DNA of 64,000 bases, from NCBI GenBank assembly GCA_025935195.1, contig JAICVS010000004.1, positions 107-64,106 on the forward strand. The letters run 5' to 3'. A model generated the notes under the pieces. That model ran no database searches, was not told where the DNA came from, and worked only from the letters and a program-made list of their open reading frames with translations. Below, one piece after another: positions 54,456 to 61,970 of this stretch. This DNA is from Ktedonobacterales bacterium. GTDB lineage: Bacteria; Chloroflexota; Ktedonobacteria; Ktedonobacterales; JADMIN01. The position numbers were made by a program, and so were the translations under genes. Positions within the stretch are counted from its first letter, which is position 1; the number at the start of each line of letters is the position of its first letter.

Positions 54456-56015
54456 ATGGACATCGCGACCGTCCAGCCGAATCCGCTGCGCGCGGGCATG
54501 CGGCACGCGCGCAGCGTGCAGCCGTGCGTGATGGTGATCTTCGGCGCCACCGGCGACCTCACGCATCGCAAGCTGCTGCCCGCGCTCTACAACCTGGCGC
54601 TGGAGCAGCCGCTGCCGCCGCAGTTCAGCGTGGTCGGCGTCGCACGCCGCCCGTTCTCGAACGATGACTTTCGCCAGCAGGCGCTGGATTCCATCAACCA
54701 GTTCTCACGCCGCCGGCCCGTCAACCAGGCTGTCTGGGAGACGTTCTCCAAGGGGCTGTATTACCATCAGTCGCAGTTCGACGACCCGGAAGGCTACGAG
54801 AGCCTGGTGGAGCTGCTCAAGCAGATTGACGAGGAGCGCGGCACCCTGGGCAACCACATTTTCTACCTGGCGACGCCGCCCAGCTTCTACCCCATCATCG
54901 CCGACCATCTCAGCGCCGCCGGCCTCGCGCGCCGCCGCCGCGCTGAGGATGACTCCAAGGGCTACGCGCGCATCATCGTCGAGAAGCCGTTCGGCCACGA
55001 CCTGCAATCGGCGCTGGCGCTCAACAAGGAGCTGAACAAAGCGTTCTCCGAGCGGCAGATCTACCGCATTGACCACTATCTCGGCAAAGAGACCGTGCAG
55101 AACATCATGGTGCTGCGCTTCGGCAACGGCATCTTCGAGCCGATCTGGAACCGGCGCTACGTGGACAACGTGCAGATCACCGTCGCGGAGACGCTGGGTG
55201 TGGAGGGGCGCGGCGACTACTATGAGGAAGCGGGCGCGATGCGCGACATGGTGCAGAACCATATGATGCAGCTGCTCACGCTGGTGGGCATGGAGCCGCC
55301 GGTCAACTTCGACGCGGACGCCGTGCGCGACGAGAAGGTGAAGGTGCTGCGCGCCATCCCGCCGCTGATGGAGAACGAGATCGCCGCCGATACGGTACGC
55401 GGGCAGTACGGCCTTGGCATGATCGGCGGCCAGCCGGTCAAGGGCTATTGCGAGGAGAAGAACGTCGCGCCCGCGTCGAAGACGGAGACGTTCGTCGCGC
55501 TCAAGCTGTTCATCGAGAACTGGCGTTGGGCCGGCGTGCCGTTCTACCTGCGCACCGGCAAGCGGCTCGCCAAGCGCACCACCGAGATCGCCATCCAGTT
55601 CAAGCGTCCGCCGTACATGCTCTTCCGCGGCACCGGCGCCGATCAGCTTCAGCCGAACGTGCTGTCGCTGCGCATCCAGCCGAACGAGGGTATCTCGCTG
55701 TTCTTCGAGGCCAAGGTTCCCGGCCAGGAGATGCACCTGCGCGGCGTGAACATGGACTTTCTTTACGGCAGCTCCTTCGGCGTCGAGCCGCCTGAGGCGT
55801 ACGAGCGGCTTCTGCTCGAATGTATGCTCGGCGACTCCACCCTTTTCACGCGCATTGACGAGACGGAGTATTCCTGGACGCTCGTGGACAGCATCGAGCG
55901 CGCGTGGGCCAAACTGCCCGCCTCGGCGATCCCGCAGTACGAGCCGGGTACGTGGGGCCCGAAGGAAGCGGACGCCTTGATCGAACGCGACGGCCGAACC
56001 TGGAGGCGGTTATGA
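54456..56015 (+). CDS. zwf: glucose-6-phosphate 1-dehydrogenase
   Basis: IFGATGDLTHRKLLPAL, RIDHYLGKE and EKPFG are canonical Zwf motifs. GAAAGGGG precedes ATG 54456. Confidence 0.95.
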   Translation: MDIATVQPNPLRAGMRHARSVQPCVMVIFGATGDLTHRKLLPALYNLALEQPLPPQFSVVGVARRPFSNDDFRQQALDSINQFSRRRPVNQAVWETFSKGLYYHQSQFDDPEGYESLVELLKQIDEERGTLGNHIFYLATPPSFYPIIADHLSAAGLARRRRAEDDSKGYARIIVEKPFGHDLQSALALNKELNKAFSERQIYRIDHYLGKETVQNIMVLRFGNGIFEPIWNRRYVDNVQITVAETLGVEGRGDYYEEAGAMRDMVQNHMMQLLTLVGMEPPVNFDADAVRDEKVKVLRAIPPLMENEIAADTVRGQYGLGMIGGQPVKGYCEEKNVAPASKTETFVALKLFIENWRWAGVPFYLRTGKRLAKRTTEIAIQFKRPPYMLFRGTGADQLQPNVLSLRIQPNEGISLFFEAKVPGQEMHLRGVNMDFLYGSSFGVEPPEAYERLLLECMLGDSTLFTRIDETEYSWTLVDSIERAWAKLPASAIPQYEPGTWGPKEADALIERDGRTWRRL

Positions 56016-57340
56016 GCGAGACCCAAGAGACCCAGCAAACGCATCAGGCAGAGGCGGGCGCATCCGGCGTGCGGGGCATGCGCCCGGTGGCGCTGGATGC
56101 CGTCGAGAGCGAGCTGGATAATATGTGGCGCGACGCCAACGCGCGTATCGCGGCGACCGGCGGCCACGCCATCGCGCGCAACAGCGTGCTCACGCTCGTC
56201 GCCTTCACGCACGGTGAGGACGATGCCCGCCACCTGCTCAGGCGCATCCACGCCCTGAGCACGCAGCACCCCTCGCGGGCGATCATTGTCGCCGCCGACC
56301 CACATGATCGCGGCCATGACATGCGCGCCTACATCTCCACCTATACCTCCACAGACCTCGCCTCCTACGGTGAGGACATCGTCGTCGTCGCGCAGAGCGA
56401 GGCCATCCGCCACCTGCCGGGGCTGGTGCTGCCGCTGATCGTCTCCGGTCTGCCCGCCTTTCTCTGGTGGACCGGCGAGCCGCCCTGGGGCAGCGAACTG
56501 CTCGAAGCGCTCGTAGATGGCAGCGACCGCCTGATCGTGGACACGACCGAGATGGCGCATGCGGCGCAGAGCGTCGGCGCGCTGGATGACCTGATGCGCC
56601 GCAAAGCTGGCCGCTGCGCCGTCAGTGACATCAGTTGGACCGCGCAGACGCCGTGGCGCGAAGTGATCGCCCAGTTCTTCGACGCACCCGCCGCGCGCCC
56701 CTATCTCGATACGATCGAGCGGGTCACCATCGAGTATGCCGCCGGCGAGGAGGACGCCCCAACCAACAGCAGCCAGGCGTACCTCTTTGCCGGTTGGCTG
56801 GCCTCGCGGCTGGGTTGGCGTGCCGCCACGTCACAGCCGTCGGGCGTCGGCGCGAGTCGCGAGCATGCGTTGCGCGACGGCGGCGGCCGGACCATCAATC
56901 TGGAGATCAGCGCGCGCTACGGCGTGCCACAGCGCATCTGGTGGCAGAGCGATGAGGCTGGCAGCGAGGTGGATGACACTCCCCCCGACAACGGCGCCTC
57001 ATCCCAGAACGGCCGCGCGCAATCGTCCGCTCAACCCGCCGCCACTGCCGCCGCGTGGGTGCGGCCCGGCGCGCTGATGCTCGTCCACCTGACCGCGCGC
57101 CTCAATGGGGCACGAGCTACCTTCGCGCTGGCGCGCGAGCAAGACCTCGCCCACGCCACTACCCTCTGCCAGATTCCCCACACCGCCACCCCGTCGCAGA
57201 CCATTCACCTGCAATCGCTCGGCGAGCGCAGCCCCCTCGCCGCCCAGCTTCAGGAATTGGGGCACGACAGCGTCTTCGAGGAGGCGCTCGACGCCGCGGC
57301 CCAGCTCATGGGTGCCGGGCCGCGCAGGGGGGTCAGATGA
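56012..57340 (+). CDS. opcA: glucose-6-phosphate dehydrogenase assembly protein OpcA
   Basis: It follows zwf with an ATGA overlap. …NSVLTLVAF…, …SRAIIV… and …LPAFLWWTGEPP… are OpcA-type motifs. Confidence 0.8.
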   Translation: MSETQETQQTHQAEAGASGVRGMRPVALDAVESELDNMWRDANARIAATGGHAIARNSVLTLVAFTHGEDDARHLLRRIHALSTQHPSRAIIVAADPHDRGHDMRAYISTYTSTDLASYGEDIVVVAQSEAIRHLPGLVLPLIVSGLPAFLWWTGEPPWGSELLEALVDGSDRLIVDTTEMAHAAQSVGALDDLMRRKAGRCAVSDISWTAQTPWREVIAQFFDAPAARPYLDTIERVTIEYAAGEEDAPTNSSQAYLFAGWLASRLGWRAATSQPSGVGASREHALRDGGGRTINLEISARYGVPQRIWWQSDEAGSEVDDTPPDNGASSQNGRAQSSAQPAATAAAWVRPGALMLVHLTARLNGARATFALAREQDLAHATTLCQIPHTATPSQTIHLQSLGERSPLAAQLQELGHDSVFEEALDAAAQLMGAGPRRGVR

Positions 57341-58101
57341 TGTCATCGCCAGATGAGCGCATCCATCTCGTCGTCGCCGAGGACTTGAACGGCGTCGCTC
57401 GGCTCGGCGCGGACCTCTTCGTCGCGTTGGCGCGCAAGGCCGCGGCGGTCGGCCATGAGTTCGCCGTCGCGCTCTCCGGCGGCTCCACGCCCAAACTGAT
57501 GCACCGGCTGCTGGCCGGCGATCCCTACCGCACGGAGGTGGAGTGGTCGCGCGTACAGTTTTACTGGGGCGACGACCGCCACGTCGCGCCCGACGACCCC
57601 GACTCCAACTTCCGTATGGCGCGCGAGACACTGCTCGACGCGGTGCCACTGCGCGAGGAGCAGATCCATCGCATGCACACCGAGGAGGCGGACGCGCGCG
57701 TCGCGGCCGACCTCTATGAGCAGGAGCTACGGCAATACTTCGGACTGGCGCCCGGCCAGCTCCCGCGTTTCGACCTGATCTACCTGGGCATGGGACCGGA
57801 CGGCCATACCGCTTCGCTCTTCCCGCACACGCCCGCGCTGCATGTCGCGGATCGTCTGACGGTGGCGAACCCGGTGGCGAAGCTCAACACCGACCGCATC
57901 ACGCTCACCGCGCCGGTTATCAACAACGCCGCCGCCGTCGCCTTCCTGGTCGCCGGGGCGGACAAGGCGCCCGCCCTCGCCGCCGTCCTCGACGGCCCGC
58001 GCGATCCCGATGAGTATCCGTCGCAGCGCATCCATCCGTCCGACGGCGAGCTGTACTGGTATGTGGACCGCGCGGCGGCGTCACAACCGCGCGCCCGCTA
58101 G
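57337..58101 (+). CDS. pgl: 6-phosphogluconolactonase
   Basis: ALSGGSTP, FYWGDDR, FDLIYLGMGPDGHTASLFP. It overlaps opcA by ATGA. Confidence 0.9.
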   Translation: MMSSPDERIHLVVAEDLNGVARLGADLFVALARKAAAVGHEFAVALSGGSTPKLMHRLLAGDPYRTEVEWSRVQFYWGDDRHVAPDDPDSNFRMARETLLDAVPLREEQIHRMHTEEADARVAADLYEQELRQYFGLAPGQLPRFDLIYLGMGPDGHTASLFPHTPALHVADRLTVANPVAKLNTDRITLTAPVINNAAAVAFLVAGADKAPALAAVLDGPRDPDEYPSQRIHPSDGELYWYVDRAAASQPRAR

Positions 58102-58129
58102 CGCGGGGGGATTGGGAAGGAGCAGGGGC

Positions 58130-58786
58130 ATGACGTTGGTGGTGCCGTCAATTCTCTCGGCGGATTTCGCTCGCCTGGGCGAGCAGGTGCGCGAAGCGGC
58201 GGCGGCGGGGGCCGATCGGCTCCAGATTGACGTGATGGACGGCCGTTTTGTGCCGAATATCACCGTTGGGCCGCTCGTCGTGGAAGCGGTACGCCGCCAC
58301 ACCACGCTGCCGCTCGAAGCGCATCTGATGATTGTCGAGCCGGAACGCTATCTGAGTGACTTCGCCAGCGCCGGCGCCGACGTGATCATCGTCCACCAGG
58401 AGGCCTCGCCCCACCTCCACCGCACCATCGAGCAGATACGCCGCCTCGGCAAGCGCACGGGCGTTGCCATCAATCCCGCCACCCCGCTCGTCGTGCTTCA
58501 GGAGGTGCTGAACGAGCTCGACCTTGTGCTGTGCATGACGGTGGACCCAGGCTTCGGCGGTCAGGAGTTCATTCGCGCCACGCTGCCCAAAATCGAGCGG
58601 CTGCGCGGCATGATCACGCAGCACGGTGCGGGCTGTGACCTCGAAGTGGACGGGGGCATATCCGCCGCCACCGCCCCGCTCGCCGTGCGCGCGGGCGCAA
58701 ACGTGCTGGTCGCCGGCTCCGCTGTCTATGGCGATCCGGAAGGCGTGGCCGCTGGCATCGCCCGGCTGCGCGCCGCGCTGGCGTGA
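58130..58786 (+). CDS. rpe: ribulose-phosphate 3-epimerase
   Basis: PSILSADFARLGEQV…, QIDVMDGRFVPNIT, HLMIVEPERY, MTVDPGFGGQ. GGAAGGA precedes ATG 58130. Confidence 0.95.
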   Translation: MTLVVPSILSADFARLGEQVREAAAAGADRLQIDVMDGRFVPNITVGPLVVEAVRRHTTLPLEAHLMIVEPERYLSDFASAGADVIIVHQEASPHLHRTIEQIRRLGKRTGVAINPATPLVVLQEVLNELDLVLCMTVDPGFGGQEFIRATLPKIERLRGMITQHGAGCDLEVDGGISAATAPLAVRAGANVLVAGSAVYGDPEGVAAGIARLRAALA

Positions 58787-58787
58787 T

Positions 58788-58828
58788 GAGGAATCCTCTC
58801 CCCCAACACCCTCTTCCCGCGACAGAGA
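58788..58828 (+). repeat. degenerate REP family A-like sequence (copy 7, hairpin lost)
   Basis: GAGGAATCCTCTCCCCCAACACCCTCTTCCCGCGACAGAG resembles the family A 5' half but no longer forms the palindrome. Confidence 0.4.
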
Positions 58829-58873
58829 CGAGAACCACCACGGAGGCAACGGAGGCAACGGAGGGGTGGGAGG
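58821..58873. repeat. GGAGG-rich short-period repeat (family C, copy 2)
   Basis: GACAGAGACGAGAACCACCACGGAGGCAACGGAGGCAACGGAGGGGTGGGAGG parallels 14657-14718. Confidence 0.7.
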
Positions 58874-59386
58874 CGGCGGCGGAGCTACGGATGCTATACG
58901 GGTTCAGAAACCGTCTGAGAAATCAGGATCGGGGAGACGAGACGATGACGCGCTGTCGGTGGGAGCCGCTACCGAACCCGCTCATCTTGGACACCCGACG
59001 CCCCTCAGGGCCCCAGGCACCGATGACCCTCCCCTGGCATTTGTCGCTCGTTCAGCGTCATATCCCGATTGCTCAGAATTGCTCAGACGGTCTCTCAACC
59101 CCTACAGCGCCAATTTGAGGGCAGGTGTATCGCCTGCCCTCACGGCATGTCCCACGTTGCCGACCCCCATGGCGACTGCCTGCCACCCCTGGTCACTGAG
59201 CCAGCCAGACGCTCACTATCCTACGCCTCACCGTCAGCCGGCGCCATCCCGTCGCATGTACCGCTTGACGAGCGAGCCGCGACGGCCTATGCTAGCGCAG
59301 CGATATGTGCCAAGCAGCAGCTATGAGTCGGGCTGGCTCAGTATCGAGCGCCCGCCGTCGAGGTAGCGGGCAGAAAGGCACTGCAC

Positions 59387-60775
59387 GTGCAGCGACTCAC
59401 GATGACACCGTCCCGCTGGCGCTTCCTGTTCACCCTCTCCGTGCTGGCGACTCTGCTGGTAGGGCTATCTGCCGCCGCCCGCCCTCCGAAAGCCGCCGAC
59501 CCCGCCCCCGCCCAGCCGACTGGCTCAGTCGGACCTATCGACCCGCGCACGCTCCAGCCAGACGACACGCACACCCTAGCCGTGCCGGATGGTGGCTACA
59601 CCTTCTACATAGACACCCACGGCGAGACCGTGACCGGCGCGGTGCCCGATGACGCGCTGATGGGCTTCACGCCCGCGGCCACGGGCGAGTCCACCAGCCC
59701 AGCGCACCAACTGATCCCCTGCGAGCAGCCCACACCGCAGGGCCTGCGCGACCACGCCACCTTCACCGATGAGGAACTGGACCGCTTTGGCCTGCCCCAT
59801 CTCAATCAGGTCGGCAATGGCAATCTTGAGGAGTGGCAGAACATCGTGCGCCTCGCCACTGAGCGCTCCTGCTCGTGGACAGACAGCTATCACGATGGAC
59901 ACGTGGATACGGCGGCAAACGTCGGACGCGGCAGCACGGGCGTGAAGGCGACGATGCCCGGCCACAGTCTCGCGCCGCGCCACAACACCACGTCCGATTA
60001 CCAGTCCAACTTTCGCTGGCAGGGCATGACAGGCGTCAATTCCTGGGGTGCCTGGGCAGATGATGCCGTGAACTTCAGCTTCCCTGGCTACTATTACGCA
60101 TCGGAAGGCTACACTCACGCGATCAATCCTAATGGCAACCCCAACAATGGCCTCGATGTTCGTGCGCGGGCGGCTGCTGTGTGGCTGGGCATTGGTGGCT
60201 TTCAGAACAACCAATGTACCGGCGCGCCTTCACTGGTGCAGACCGGCGAAGAATCAACATGGTCCGTCCCGGCCCCGGACCATACCTTCGGCTTCATCGA
60301 CAACACTGGCTCCACGCAGAACTGTGGCGTGCGGAACGTGTTGCCGTATGTCGTCAAAGGCGACCTGATGTACATGAACACGGGTTGCGAGTATGCTTCA
60401 GCGCCCTGCACCCACGTATTCGTGCAAGACCAGACCCAGCCCTCGCCTAATTACTACGGCGGCTACATGGATGGGCCTGCGCCGAACACCCAGTCGGCTG
60501 AGTGTGCTGTCGAGAACCCGATCCCAGACTGGATTCTGCCGTGGTTCGGCACCCTGGACTTCCAGTTTTGCCGTGTCTCCTTTAGTGAGTTCGGCCTAAA
60601 CTACGGCGAGACGGGCATGGGGAACGTCATCCCCAACGGCCACTACTCCGTGTTTGAGCAGCAGGATAAGTACACGCACTATAATTGCTACGTTGTCACC
60701 AACTTCACGGACGCCAACAACTGGACGTTCAACATCGTCCGGGATACGTCAGTGAACACCCAGGACTGCGACTAG
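59387..60775 (+). CDS. secreted protein, possibly peptidase G1 (eqolisin)-like / concanavalin-like fold
   Basis: A signal peptide is present (RWRFLFTLSVLATLLVGLSAAA). The segment AAVWLGIGGFQ…SLVQTGEE resembles the W-x-G-I-(D/G)-G … Q-x-G block of G1 peptidases. The family assignment is tentative. Confidence 0.6.
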   Translation: MQRLTMTPSRWRFLFTLSVLATLLVGLSAAARPPKAADPAPAQPTGSVGPIDPRTLQPDDTHTLAVPDGGYTFYIDTHGETVTGAVPDDALMGFTPAATGESTSPAHQLIPCEQPTPQGLRDHATFTDEELDRFGLPHLNQVGNGNLEEWQNIVRLATERSCSWTDSYHDGHVDTAANVGRGSTGVKATMPGHSLAPRHNTTSDYQSNFRWQGMTGVNSWGAWADDAVNFSFPGYYYASEGYTHAINPNGNPNNGLDVRARAAAVWLGIGGFQNNQCTGAPSLVQTGEESTWSVPAPDHTFGFIDNTGSTQNCGVRNVLPYVVKGDLMYMNTGCEYASAPCTHVFVQDQTQPSPNYYGGYMDGPAPNTQSAECAVENPIPDWILPWFGTLDFQFCRVSFSEFGLNYGETGMGNVIPNGHYSVFEQQDKYTHYNCYVVTNFTDANNWTFNIVRDTSVNTQDCD

Positions 60776-60811
60776 GCAGGCCGGGTAGCGGTACGGAAAG
60801 GGAGCAGCGTT

Positions 60812-61021
60812 GTGGCAGTGTCAGCCGGCAACAGGCGTCGTCTGCGTCGCGTCTTGGTGACGACGGGCAAAGTCCTCGCGGTACTCGTGATCCTGTATGG
60901 GCTGTACGTCCTGCTCTATCCCGACATATACCTCGCGCTAAACGGGCAAGGCGGCAACCTTGGTCACCCCATCCCCGCCCGGTTCCCGATCCCTAGACCG
61001 TGGCCGCTGAACACACGCTGA
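60812..61021 (+). CDS. short membrane-anchored ORF (possibly the 5' remnant of a larger gene)
   Basis: GTG start. An RRRLRR motif is followed by a hydrophobic helix, resembling N-termini of sortase-like or other anchored enzymes, but the ORF is only 69 aa. A terminator hairpin follows. Confidence 0.35.
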   Translation: MAVSAGNRRRLRRVLVTTGKVLAVLVILYGLYVLLYPDIYLALNGQGGNLGHPIPARFPIPRPWPLNTR

Positions 61022-61063
61022 CCACACTGATGCTGAGCAAGTAGCGCGACCACACGAGCACAC

Positions 61064-61097
61064 AAGCCCTCGCGGGAGGCTCCTCCCGCGAGGGCTT
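61064..61097 (+). terminator. strong hairpin, probable (bidirectional) terminator
   Basis: A 16-bp perfect stem, AAGCCCTCGCGGGAGG/CCTCCCGCGAGGGCTT, is followed by TTCATGTTGTGTG. Confidence 0.6.
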
Positions 61098-61152
61098 TCA
61101 TGTTGTGTGCAGCCTGCTGGTAGCTGGTAGTTGACCGGCTCGCAGCGAGGCA

Positions 61153-61402
61153 CTATGCGTTCCCAGGTCCCATCCCGCCACCATGTGCGGAACGAGTGGA
61201 AGACCGTCTGCCACGGCGGCAGGTCGCGGGGCAGCAGGCGCCAGGCACAGCCACTGCGCACCAGGGAGCGGATCGCGTTGCGGATGCGGCGCGGCGGGTG
61301 CGGACGGGGCCGCCCGCGCCGGGTCGCCGGTGTCCAACCAGCGGTTCGAGGACGTGCCATTACCTGACGACCCGTCATCTCCCCTGGCAAACCGCTCCCC
61401 AT
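61153..61402 (-). pseudogene. IS5-family transposase remnant (N-terminal DUF4096-type domain only)
   Basis: …RRGRPRPHPPRRIRNAIRSLVRSGCAWRLLPRDLPPWQTVFHSFRTWWRDGTWERI matches the GRPr…R.ilnai.yvlrtGcaWR.LP.dfppw.tvy..Fr.W..dG.we motif. No DDE domain follows. Confidence 0.6.
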
Positions 61403-61406
61403 CCCC

Positions 61407-61435
61407 TTGACTTCCCGACTTCTTCATGGTATATT
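61407..61435 (+). promoter_or_regulatory. sigma70-like promoter of repeat-element copy 4
   Basis: TTGACT (61407-61412), 17 nt, TATATT (61430-61435), with TG one base upstream of the -10. Confidence 0.55.
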
Positions 61436-61757
61436 CGTTCTATCATCATGGCGCCATCTGACGCCGCTGGCACCTGAACAATCGCATACCGCGAGCAAAC
61501 GCGCCATCCGCGCTCGAGGGCGGGCGTTCGCATAGGAGCATGGATGTGGCCGCACCCGCACCACATCATGCCGTTTTTGCCGCCCACCTTGCCAGATCGT
61601 TGCCGTATCTTGCCGCTTTTGCCACCCATAACACCACATGTCACGTGGCGACAAACGGCAAAGCGGCTTGAATTGCGGATTCGAAAGGAGGACGCGCCCG
61701 GCGCAAGATCAAAAAGCGGCAAAAACGGCAATGTTGACCATCCCGGTCAACTTTGCC
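61407..61757 (+). repeat. promoter-led TTGCC-array element, copy 4 of 4
   Basis: It carries the promoter, CGTTCTATC, the hairpin GGCG-N8-CGCC, CCTGAACAATCGCATA, the TTGCC array, GGCTTGAATTGCGG, and the terminal palindrome GGCAATGTTGAC(61727-61738)/GTCAACTTTGCC(61746-61757). Confidence 0.75.
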
Positions 61758-61970
61758 GCCTGGGAATGCGCAGAGGAGGTGAGACTGATGTGGCCTGAGT
61801 CGTTGTCGTATTGTCTCCCGTACGAGACCGGGATTACCCCCGGCATTCATGCCGGCAGGCCAACGAACGACAACAGCGCACACCAATGCGGTGTCATACG
61901 TGATGGGGCATAGGATATAATAGCGAAAATGCGCCGGGCGAATGGACGGACAGCGAGAGGATGAAGATCA

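Noticed and set aside
58907-59094. TPP (THI-box) riboswitch, because of CTGAGA and CCTGAT-like strings
   Set aside because: The pyrophosphate-sensor helix consensus (…ACCUGAUCUGGAUAAUGCCAGCG…) is absent on both strands, and the downstream gene is unrelated to thiamine.
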